A DNA stretch of 64,000 bases from IMG/VR virus record IMGVR_UViG_3300006467_000563, positions 68,337-132,336 of that record. One strand, given 5' to 3'. The notes below the pieces were generated by a model that was not told the DNA's origin, made no database searches, and saw only the letters and a program-made list of their open reading frames with translations. Positions within the stretch are counted from its first letter, which is position 1. Each line of letters opens with the position of its first letter. Made by a program: the position numbers and the translations under genes. Of this stretch, positions 8,924 through 17,445 are shown one piece after another. The stretch comes from a virus (taxonomy: Duplodnaviria > Heunggongvirae > Uroviricota > Caudoviricetes).

Positions 8924-10333
8924 ATGCAGGATTTAGCAACAGAACGGGCATTACTTTGTGGATTAGTACAAAATGGGAAAGAGGCATATGTTGATATTCA
9001 AGATGTGATTGGGCCTAATTCTTTTACAGAAACTCAGAATGCTATTATTTTTAGTTGCTTAGCAACGATGTATGAAGGCAGTTATTCATACGACCTTCCA
9101 TCATTTTTAAGTGCTGCCGGTTCTCTTGGACATAGTGAAGCCATGAAAGAGCCAAAGCAATTAGAATACTTAAAAAGTCTGACCCAGATGAAGGTCGGAC
9201 TGGACAACGTAAGAAAACATGCTGTCAAACTTTCAAAGATTGCAGTGATTAATCAGTTGCAAGAAGCATCACGTCAAACATACCGCGACCTTTCTAATCT
9301 TAATGGTAATGAATCACTGGAACATATCTTAGCAGAGGCCGAAAAATCCATCTTTGGCGTTACTATGGATATGCAGACACAGGATGGTAATGGTGTAGAA
9401 TTTCTTGGCGAAGGTATTCTAGATTATGTCCAATGGTTGAGAGACAATAAATGTGATTTTATCGGTGTTCCCTCGCCATATGCAACTTGGAATACTGTTA
9501 CCGGGGGAGGCTTTAGACGCGGAAAGGTATCATTATTCGGTGCCAGACCAAAAGTTGGTAAAACGACAGTCGGTAAGGATATTGGACTCTATGTATCAGA
9601 CAAGGGTATTCCTGTTTTGTATCTAGATACTGAGATGGACAGCAAAGACCTTAAGAACAAAGTTTTATCCTGCCTTACAGACATTCCTACCAAAGAAATT
9701 GAGACTGGCCAATTCGACAATGTTGAATGGAAAGTAAACAAGGTTATCGCTGCTGGAGAATATTTTTCAAATTCTAAGTTTGCATATCGTAATATTGCTG
9801 GCTATGCATTTGATGATATCATGTCTATCGTTCGCAGGTGGATTTTTCAACATGTTGGATTTGATGAGAATGGTAATACGAATGACTGTTTAATCATTTA
9901 CGATTACTTCAAACTACAAGAAGCTGACAAGTTAAAAGAGATGCAAGAGACTCAGGCTCTTGGTTTTCAAGTAGCCGATATGACAAACTTTGCTATTCAA
10001 TATGATGTTCCGTTTGCTGCTTTCGTGCAGTTAAACAGAAGTGCGGAAGATATTGCACAATCAGACAGACTGCTGTGGCTTTGTGCCTCATTTACGAAAA
10101 TCAGCCGTAAGACAAATGAGGAAATTCTTGAGGATGGTCCATCCAATGGTAATATCAAATTCACTCCACTCGAAGCCCGCTTTGGTCCAGCAATGAGAGA
10201 TGATGACTATATCAATATTCATGTTAATTATGAGACATCGTCAGTAAGAGAATTAGGACCGAAGAGTTCTATTGAGCGGGAGTATGAAGATGGAAAAATT
10301 GGCGACGAAGAAGACGAAGACTTCGAAGATTGA
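8924..10333 (+). CDS. dnaB: DnaB-like replicative helicase
   Basis: ERALLCGL N-terminal domain, GARPKVGKTT Walker A, LDTEM, IIYDY Walker B, QLNR. Confidence 0.9.
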   Translation: MQDLATERALLCGLVQNGKEAYVDIQDVIGPNSFTETQNAIIFSCLATMYEGSYSYDLPSFLSAAGSLGHSEAMKEPKQLEYLKSLTQMKVGLDNVRKHAVKLSKIAVINQLQEASRQTYRDLSNLNGNESLEHILAEAEKSIFGVTMDMQTQDGNGVEFLGEGILDYVQWLRDNKCDFIGVPSPYATWNTVTGGGFRRGKVSLFGARPKVGKTTVGKDIGLYVSDKGIPVLYLDTEMDSKDLKNKVLSCLTDIPTKEIETGQFDNVEWKVNKVIAAGEYFSNSKFAYRNIAGYAFDDIMSIVRRWIFQHVGFDENGNTNDCLIIYDYFKLQEADKLKEMQETQALGFQVADMTNFAIQYDVPFAAFVQLNRSAEDIAQSDRLLWLCASFTKISRKTNEEILEDGPSNGNIKFTPLEARFGPAMRDDDYINIHVNYETSSVRELGPKSSIEREYEDGKIGDEEDEDFED

Positions 10334-11414
10334 TTTAGTAGATTTAACTGAAAAACTTGTAGATAATCTGGAAATTGTCATGAATGCACTTGGCATTCCA
10401 GACTATAATAATTATGGCAGGCGAATCACTTTTCCTTGCCCAATCCACTGTGGTGACAACCCAGAAGGATGCTGTATTTTTACTGACGGTGAAGAAAAAG
10501 TCGGTAACTGGGTATGTTGGACTAACAACTGTCATGAATGTAATGACAGCCTGTTAGAGTTTATCAGACTCAATTTAAGCAACGGAAAAGAAGCTACATT
10601 CAGTGAAGCTATTTCTTGGTCTCTAAAAGTGTTATCTTGCGACATAGAGACATTAGCAGATGTTAAATCAAATGATTTCATCAAACTAAATCGTAAAATG
10701 GCCACAAAGACCGTTGAACTGAAGGGGACACACAGTCGGGAACATATCAGAAAATATCTTGACATTCCTGCACAGTATTATCTTGAAAAAGAAAACGGCT
10801 TTCTTCCACAAACTCTAGATAGATATGACGTAGGGCTATGTCGTGTCCCAAGAAACAAGATGTATCTCCGCGTTGTTAGTCCAGTATATGACGATAATTA
10901 CCGCTTTGTTGGCTGCTGTGGTCGCACTACACAGCCAGAATGTCCTAAGTGTGGATATTATCATTATGAGAATAGAAAGTGCCCAGAGAACAACCTAGAG
11001 CGTCTATGGGGCCAAAAATGGCTGAATAGTACCGGCGAATTTGCTGGTAATACATTCTACAACTCTTGGTTTGCTGTTCCACATGTTATTCGTAACGGTG
11101 TAGCAATTCTCGTAGAGGGATGTGGAGATATCTGGAGGTTGGAAGAGGCAGATATCAAAATTGGTCTTGGTATGTTTACAACTAGGACCAGTGAAGGACA
11201 GGATATCATACTCAAACGGCTCCCAATTTCCAATCTAATTATTGCTACTGATGGCGACGATGCTGGAAAAGAAGGTAGAGATATTTTAATCAATAAATAT
11301 GAAAGATACTGCAATATTTATCCGGTTGAGTTAAGCGGCGATATTGCTGATATGGATGTTGAAGAGACAAAAGACACGTTTTATCCAATTTTAAACAGGC
11401 TAGGAGTAAAATGA
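10272..11414 (+). CDS. dnaG: DnaG-like primase (true start probably 10284 or 10290)
   Basis: CPIH...CWTNNC zinc-binding domain; TOPRIM ILVEG and ATDGDDAG. Confidence 0.88.
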   Translation: MSGSMKMEKLATKKTKTSKIDLVDLTEKLVDNLEIVMNALGIPDYNNYGRRITFPCPIHCGDNPEGCCIFTDGEEKVGNWVCWTNNCHECNDSLLEFIRLNLSNGKEATFSEAISWSLKVLSCDIETLADVKSNDFIKLNRKMATKTVELKGTHSREHIRKYLDIPAQYYLEKENGFLPQTLDRYDVGLCRVPRNKMYLRVVSPVYDDNYRFVGCCGRTTQPECPKCGYYHYENRKCPENNLERLWGQKWLNSTGEFAGNTFYNSWFAVPHVIRNGVAILVEGCGDIWRLEEADIKIGLGMFTTRTSEGQDIILKRLPISNLIIATDGDDAGKEGRDILINKYERYCNIYPVELSGDIADMDVEETKDTFYPILNRLGVK

Positions 11415-12232
11415 AAAGAGTATTATTAATTGGTGGATGTAAGCAATCTGGAAAATCCAGTGCTGCAAATTTCATCACAGGATATCAACTAAAGGCCCAT
11501 GACGTTATCGAGAAGTTCAGTATTGACGACGATGGAAGCCTTTGGGTCAATTCCTTCATTCAGGATGAGGAAGGTAATGTTGTTGAAGGCATGGGTGAGC
11601 TAGACTTAGCAAGACGTGATTCTGAGTTTGTATGGTACGCACAACAAAAAATCTTACCTTACTGTAAAATCAATAACATTGCCGACCCCCTGAAGGAGTC
11701 AGTACATACCTTATTTGGAGTTCCTATCGCTAAGTTGTACGGTAGCGACCAAGATAAGAATGAAGACTCTGGCGTTCCTTGGAAAAATGTGGCTAAGTTC
11801 CGTAAAGGGGCTGCTGTTAAGAAGCTGCAAGCAGAAGGAAAGATGGATAGAAATTTAACTATCCGAGAACTTTTGATTGAATACGGGGATGCATGTCGTA
11901 CATTTGACGTCAACTGTTTTGTGCGTCCATGTATTACTGATATTGTCAATTTTGATGAGCCTTTAACAATCGTTCCAGACTGTAGATTCATTAATGAAAT
12001 TGAGGCTTTTCAAGAGGCGGCAAAAGCAGGTGAGTTTGAATTGAAAATGATGTATTTCACTAAAAAGGTTTATGAAGAAGAGCACGAGAGTGAGCAGCTA
12101 CACAACCGATGTGATATTGACAGTCTTTTTGACGCAATTATTGACAATAGTGAAATGACCGTTTCTGAAAAGAACCAGAAAGTACTTAGCTGTCTACTTG
12201 ATTGGGGATGGGTAAAAGCGGATATGGGGTAA
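11411..12232 (+). CDS. Deoxynucleoside monophosphate kinase (T4 gp1-like)
   Basis: GGCKQSGKSS P-loop, IADPLKE, IRELLIEYG, VPDCRFINE. Confidence 0.8.
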   Translation: MKRVLLIGGCKQSGKSSAANFITGYQLKAHDVIEKFSIDDDGSLWVNSFIQDEEGNVVEGMGELDLARRDSEFVWYAQQKILPYCKINNIADPLKESVHTLFGVPIAKLYGSDQDKNEDSGVPWKNVAKFRKGAAVKKLQAEGKMDRNLTIRELLIEYGDACRTFDVNCFVRPCITDIVNFDEPLTIVPDCRFINEIEAFQEAAKAGEFELKMMYFTKKVYEEEHESEQLHNRCDIDSLFDAIIDNSEMTVSEKNQKVLSCLLDWGWVKADMG

Positions 12233-12234
12233 TA

Positions 12235-13407
12235 ATGAGTTTAGTTACATACTTTCGGTCTAGTTCCCTCGGAGCAATTGATTTTTGTGAGCATAAGTAT
12301 TTTGGGGAGTATATCCTTGGATTACACAAGCATGATTTCTTCGAGGTTAACGAGAGTGTAAAAACTACCGTAGGCACCATTGTTCATAAGACCCTTGAGT
12401 GTTTGGCACAAATTAGTGTTGCCAACGCCAAGGGGCTTAATTTTATAGTGGATGACCATCTTGGTAGAATCACATTCAATCCGAAAAAGTTGATGACTCC
12501 AGTTACATTAACTGATGAAGAAGTCGAGTATATCAACAAGACGAGAAAAAGCAAGTCTAGATACCTTAATCAGAACTCTTGTAAGATTTCCAGTGGCCAT
12601 GTTAGGCATGGTGTGGAATTAGTTGACTCAATTGTCATGAAGAGCTATGATTATTACTCTGCATTGATTGAGCAGGATTGGAAGCCTGTCCATCTTAAAG
12701 ATATATTCAACTATGTCTATATGGTACTTGACTACTCCGTTGGAAAAAGCGGACCAATTTATGACCCGCGTGTTAGAAATGTGGTTGATGTAGAACCATT
12801 CTTCGATTTTGAAATAAAAGAAGATTGGGCAAAATATAATTACATGTACAAAGGTGAAGAATTAAGTGGATACCTTTCTTTAAAAGGGACTATCGACTTA
12901 GTTACAGAGCTAGACCATGAGACTGTAGAAATTATTGATTACAAGACTGGTGAGCGAAAAGCGTGGAATGAGCCTGATGAGCCTGTTAAAACACCAGAAA
13001 AGCTCGCAACAGATACACAGTTGTTGTTATACAATCTTGCAGTCAGAAAGATGTATCCACAATACAAAAACGTTATTTGTACTATCATCTTCATTAGAGA
13101 TGGCGGGCCATTCTCTATTCCAATGAACGACACAACTGATATCGAGTTAATCCAAGAAAGAATCAAGAATAGATTCGATTATGTTAGACAGATGGACCAG
13201 CCACAACTACTTGACGTAAATCAAGATAGTTTTAAGTGTAAATACATGTGTGACTTATATAAAAATAAGTTTCCAAAAAATCAGTCAATGAATTGTTGTC
13301 AGTATTTGAAAAAGTACATTGAGAAGTTTGGTACACAAAAGGCGATTGACGTATTTACTCCAGAAGACCACCATATTGATGTTTATAAAGCACCGGGAGA
13401 AACATAA
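12235..13407 (+). CDS. Cas4/RecB-like PD-(D/E)XK exonuclease
   Basis: GTIDLV...IIDYKTG...QLLLY motifs; N-terminal Cys (DFCEHK) plus C-terminal Cys cluster (CKYMC...CC). Confidence 0.8.
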   Translation: MSLVTYFRSSSLGAIDFCEHKYFGEYILGLHKHDFFEVNESVKTTVGTIVHKTLECLAQISVANAKGLNFIVDDHLGRITFNPKKLMTPVTLTDEEVEYINKTRKSKSRYLNQNSCKISSGHVRHGVELVDSIVMKSYDYYSALIEQDWKPVHLKDIFNYVYMVLDYSVGKSGPIYDPRVRNVVDVEPFFDFEIKEDWAKYNYMYKGEELSGYLSLKGTIDLVTELDHETVEIIDYKTGERKAWNEPDEPVKTPEKLATDTQLLLYNLAVRKMYPQYKNVICTIIFIRDGGPFSIPMNDTTDIELIQERIKNRFDYVRQMDQPQLLDVNQDSFKCKYMCDLYKNKFPKNQSMNCCQYLKKYIEKFGTQKAIDVFTPEDHHIDVYKAPGET

Positions 13408-13823
13408 TGTACGCGTATGAATTAAGTGTTTATACAGAACTATTTGATTTTGATAATAGCCATGTATTAGGTAAGTTCTATTATTTAGGACCGGACGAAA
13501 TGCTGCATCCATTAGGTGATGCAATCAAAAAATATATGCAACCGCCTGTGTGCGGCATGTTAGTGTACACAGAAACCAGTAATGTAAAGCCATTTTTTAA
13601 TGAGCGTCCAGTAATGTCTGTTGGATTAGCACAATATGGCACTGCAGAATTAGAGCTTAATTTTGATGCAGAAGCAGGAAATGATTTATTTTTCGATAGA
13701 GAGACGTCATTATTAACATTAGACCGTCATCCTGCAAACGTGCAGGCAATTGGCAGAGTAATTGAAAAACTGGATGGCAATACATACAAAATCGAAATCA
13801 ATATGGATAAAATCTGGAGATAA
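13407..13823 (+). CDS. Hypothetical protein
   Basis: TAATG-coupled ORF. Confidence 0.6.
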   Translation: MYAYELSVYTELFDFDNSHVLGKFYYLGPDEMLHPLGDAIKKYMQPPVCGMLVYTETSNVKPFFNERPVMSVGLAQYGTAELELNFDAEAGNDLFFDRETSLLTLDRHPANVQAIGRVIEKLDGNTYKIEINMDKIWR

Positions 13824-13824
13824 A

Positions 13825-15465
13825 ATGCATCTTATCAAAAACAGGACACACTACGCAAATGATACTGATAGTGTAATCACATCATACACTAAACCAGAAA
13901 AACTGGTTGATTTTGCAAAAGAAAAAGGGTACTCGGTCTGTGGGATGTGTGACTATGGTAGTATCTCTGGTGCAATTAAGTTTATTGATGAATGTAAGAA
14001 GAAAGATATTAAACCTGTTGTATCATGTGAGATGACATTGGCAGGGCACAGAGCCATGTTTATCGCTATGAATACTGAAGGATGGTACAGTCTTATTAAG
14101 CTGAACTCATCATTCAGGGAGGCTGGTGATATCAGTTTGGCTGTATATCGAGCATACTCGGACAATGTCACTGTTGTAATGTCCCCTCAATCTGCTGTAG
14201 ACGAAGACATGCTCCAACTGATTAAGGATAATGCTTATATTGAGGTTCCAGTTGACCAGTCCCCAGCGACTGATTTACTTAAACCTCTTACAGTTTTTGA
14301 CTCAAGATATGTGTATGACGATGATTTGGATGACTATAAAATCCTACTGGCAGCAAAAAATGGAGTAAAATTCAAAAATGTCGAGATTGTGCATGATTAT
14401 TGTCTCGAAAAAAACTATAATAAGATTGACCCGTATGAAAACAACTGGGACGAGTTGATTAATCGTATTGGTGAATACAACGTTCTGAATAAGCCACAGC
14501 TACCAAAATTCTGTGAAGGTAGCGAGCTTGAAACTCTTACAGAGATGTGTCGTGAAGGCTGGAAAAAGAAGATTCAAGATAAGATTCCACAGTATAAACA
14601 CAAAGAATATGCTGATAGAATCAAAATGGAGCTTGCTGTTATCGAGGAAGCTAATCTATCTGGTTACTTTCTAATCGTGCAAGACTTCGTCAACTACTGT
14701 AAGGACAGAAAAATTCTTATCGGCCCAGCACGTGGTTCCGCTGGTGGATGCTTAATTTCTTTCTTGCTAAATATTACCAGTATCGACCCTATCAAGTATG
14801 ACCTTCTATTCAGCCGGTTCTACAACAAAGGACGTAATACTGGCGACCACGTTGAATATCCAGATATCGATATTGATTTTCCCGTTAACCATCGTAAAAC
14901 TGTTATCGAGTATATCCGTAACAAGTATGGACATGAGCGTGTAGCACAAGTTATTACATTCGGCTCATTAAGCGGTAAGGGTGCTCTCAAAGAGGTTCTT
15001 AAAGCACACGCTGTTCTAGATAATAAACTCATCGACGAAATCACAGCCAAGCTGCCACAAGATGCAGAAATCGCTGATAAGATGGAAGACGATGGATATA
15101 GCTCAATCATTGAATGGACTCTAGATAAAGAGCCGGATTTGATGGCTGAGTGGTGCCAAAAAAATAGCAATGGTGACTACACTGGTGAATTATCAAGGTA
15201 CTTCAGACAGGCTGCAAGAATCGAGGGGACATATAAGTCAACAGGTAAACATGCCGCTGGATTAGTAATTGGTCACACTAACTTACATGACGTATATCCC
15301 ATGTGTAAGGAAAAGGGTGGTCATGAATATATTGTAGCATTGGAAATGAATGACCTTGCGAAAGCTGGCGGGGTTAAGTTCGATATTCTAGGTCTGGCGG
15401 CTTTAGATAAGCTAATGCTGGTTAACGAAATGTTAAGATATGGTATTGTAACGAGAGAAATTTAA
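13825..15465 (+). CDS. dnaE: DNA polymerase III alpha, N-terminal half (PHP + palm)
   Basis: YFLIVQD, GPARGSAGGCL, DPIKYDLLFSRF, catalytic YPDIDIDF, GKHAAG, KFDILGL; GGAGA SD before ATG 13825. Confidence 0.92.
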   Translation: MHLIKNRTHYANDTDSVITSYTKPEKLVDFAKEKGYSVCGMCDYGSISGAIKFIDECKKKDIKPVVSCEMTLAGHRAMFIAMNTEGWYSLIKLNSSFREAGDISLAVYRAYSDNVTVVMSPQSAVDEDMLQLIKDNAYIEVPVDQSPATDLLKPLTVFDSRYVYDDDLDDYKILLAAKNGVKFKNVEIVHDYCLEKNYNKIDPYENNWDELINRIGEYNVLNKPQLPKFCEGSELETLTEMCREGWKKKIQDKIPQYKHKEYADRIKMELAVIEEANLSGYFLIVQDFVNYCKDRKILIGPARGSAGGCLISFLLNITSIDPIKYDLLFSRFYNKGRNTGDHVEYPDIDIDFPVNHRKTVIEYIRNKYGHERVAQVITFGSLSGKGALKEVLKAHAVLDNKLIDEITAKLPQDAEIADKMEDDGYSSIIEWTLDKEPDLMAEWCQKNSNGDYTGELSRYFRQAARIEGTYKSTGKHAAGLVIGHTNLHDVYPMCKEKGGHEYIVALEMNDLAKAGGVKFDILGLAALDKLMLVNEMLRYGIVTREI

Positions 15466-15701
15466 TGAATGAATTACTATTTATTATGCTAAAAGATGGA
15501 TATAGTGTCGATTACGGTACTCTGTCAATTTGTGGCCTTAAAGGAATGCACCCGAAGTGGCAGGTTGTATGTGAAAATTATAGATATCCACAATCTATGT
15601 TGTATCCATACACAGATGATGGGCTTAAATCTGCTATTCGAGACTTCATGAATATTAAACGTGGTATGGAAAAAGATGGAACTAAACATTCTAAGAAGTG
15701 A
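15465..15701 (+). CDS. Hypothetical protein
   Basis: TAATG-coupled to dnaE-N. Confidence 0.55.
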   Translation: MNELLFIMLKDGYSVDYGTLSICGLKGMHPKWQVVCENYRYPQSMLYPYTDDGLKSAIRDFMNIKRGMEKDGTKHSKK

Positions 15702-16236
15702 GATTACGAAGTGTGATTTTTGTGATTTACGCAAAAATATAAAAGATGAAACACCGCTGCCATCAAAAGGTAGTGGTAAAATCATGTTTGTTACGTCGGC
15801 CCCCCAGTTTGAGAACCTGTCATTGGGCCAGCACTTTTCTATTAACGAACAACGGTATTTCGACCTTATTCTTAAAGCATGCAAGATAGATAGTAACGAT
15901 ATCTATCTTACCAGCATCACAAAATGCTCGTACAATAAGGATAACAAAAAAACTCTTACGTGTAAAGACCTTTGTGCAACAAAATTCTTATTACGTGAGA
16001 TTCAATTGGTTGAACCAAAGTTAATTGTATGTATCGGAAAAGTTCCGGCATGTCATTTTCTGCAGATACCGTTTAGTAGATTGAAATTAGCAGACGTTGT
16101 TAACAGAACTTATGACTGTGATGGGATAAAGGTAATTCCCGTCTACAACATGTCTTACCTCATTCAAAATGGTAAAAAAATGACGCAAGACGTGATTGAC
16201 TGCATAAAGGAAACCAATGGGATTTGCGAAAGATAG
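15676..16236 (+). CDS. Family-4 uracil-DNA glycosylase-like protein with altered active site
   Basis: CDFC and TKC Fe-S cysteines; REIQLVEPKLIVCIG signature; GEAPG replaced by TSAPQ and HPS by NMS. Confidence 0.8.
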   Translation: MELNILRSEITKCDFCDLRKNIKDETPLPSKGSGKIMFVTSAPQFENLSLGQHFSINEQRYFDLILKACKIDSNDIYLTSITKCSYNKDNKKTLTCKDLCATKFLLREIQLVEPKLIVCIGKVPACHFLQIPFSRLKLADVVNRTYDCDGIKVIPVYNMSYLIQNGKKMTQDVIDCIKETNGICER

Positions 16237-16711
16237 AGTACGGGGCCTTCGTGGTGAAAAACTAGTTGCTAGAACACTAGAGAATGATGGCATCACATGT
16301 GAAATCAACGAAGATAATGAAACTAATATCTATTACGATATTGAATGTAAAATGGGTCGGGTAAAATTTACTGTTGAGGTAAAAAGTGACTACATGGCCG
16401 AGAGGACTGGTAATCTTGCTATTGAATATTACAACTCAAAACAAGGTAAGCCCAGTGGAATCACAGTTACCAAAGCAGATTTATGGGTACACTGTATTAA
16501 GGATGGGGATAATTTGACTGTATGGGCAACTTCTGTTGATACGCTAAAAGCGTTTATTGATGCAGAAGAGCCAATCAAAAAAGTGGAATTTGGTGGGGAT
16601 AACAATGCTTCACTTCTGCTCTACAATGAGCATCATATTCTAGAAATTTTTGAGAGATTAGACAACTTACAGGAAAAACAGATTAAGAAAGCAATTAAGA
16701 GGCTGTTATGA
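16217..16711 (+). CDS. Restriction-endonuclease-like PD-(D/E)XK nuclease
   Basis: YDI...VEVKSD...TGNLAIEY...PSGI..TKADLW. Confidence 0.7.
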   Translation: MGFAKDRVRGLRGEKLVARTLENDGITCEINEDNETNIYYDIECKMGRVKFTVEVKSDYMAERTGNLAIEYYNSKQGKPSGITVTKADLWVHCIKDGDNLTVWATSVDTLKAFIDAEEPIKKVEFGGDNNASLLLYNEHHILEIFERLDNLQEKQIKKAIKRLL

Positions 16712-17445
16712 AAAACAACGACATTATTTTTTACGACTTTGAAACGACAAGTGCTAATCCACGTACATGCCAACCTATCCAGTTGGCTGCTGTCGCAATT
16801 GACGGTTTTAGACTGGAAGTAAAAGAAGATAGTGTATTTCAAAGTTTGATTCGTCCAGAGTTTGACTTAGAGGTGTGCGAGAAGTATAATTTAGACCCAC
16901 TAACCGAAGAATCTATTGCTATTCACGGAAAAACAGAAGAAATGTTACGTGATGCACCACCAGCTAAGGTTGTATGGAGTCAGTTTGTAGAATACACAAA
17001 CGTGTATAATTACAACGGAAATATGTGGGGACGACCAATTGCTGCAGGTCAAAATATTCAGACTTATGATTCTGTGATTTGCGAACGTTTGGCAAAGTCA
17101 GAACCATATAAGTTCGGTCCAGTTGATGAGAAAACTGGGGAACTGGCATTATTCCAAGTGCGTGACAGATTTGACATGCTGGATGACCTCAGTCGCTGGA
17201 TGAAGTTTGATAAAAACCAACGGTCTTATTCGATGGATAATTTAAGACCTCTGCTTGGTATTGACGCAACAAACTCACACGATGCGTTAAAAGACGTGTT
17301 AGACGGTGCATTTATGTTGTGTAAATTCATGAAACTATACAAGAAGTTTTCGTCTCAATTTAGTTTTAAAGATTCATTCAAGAAAACAAACACAAACGAA
17401 CAAATCAGCAGAATTTTAGAGAACTATTATGCACAATCAAAATGA
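16708..17445 (+). CDS. DEDDh 3'-5' exonuclease (DnaQ/epsilon-like)
   Basis: YDFETT, AGQNIQTYD, HDALKD Exo I-III motifs. Confidence 0.88.
   Translation: MKNNDIIFYDFETTSANPRTCQPIQLAAVAIDGFRLEVKEDSVFQSLIRPEFDLEVCEKYNLDPLTEESIAIHGKTEEMLRDAPPAKVVWSQFVEYTNVYNYNGNMWGRPIAAGQNIQTYDSVICERLAKSEPYKFGPVDEKTGELALFQVRDRFDMLDDLSRWMKFDKNQRSYSMDNLRPLLGIDATNSHDALKDVLDGAFMLCKFMKLYKKFSSQFSFKDSFKKTNTNEQISRILENYYAQSK

Noticed and set aside
12235-13407. CRISPR-Cas locus suggested by the Cas4-like gene
   Set aside because: No repeat-spacer array and no other cas genes in the window.
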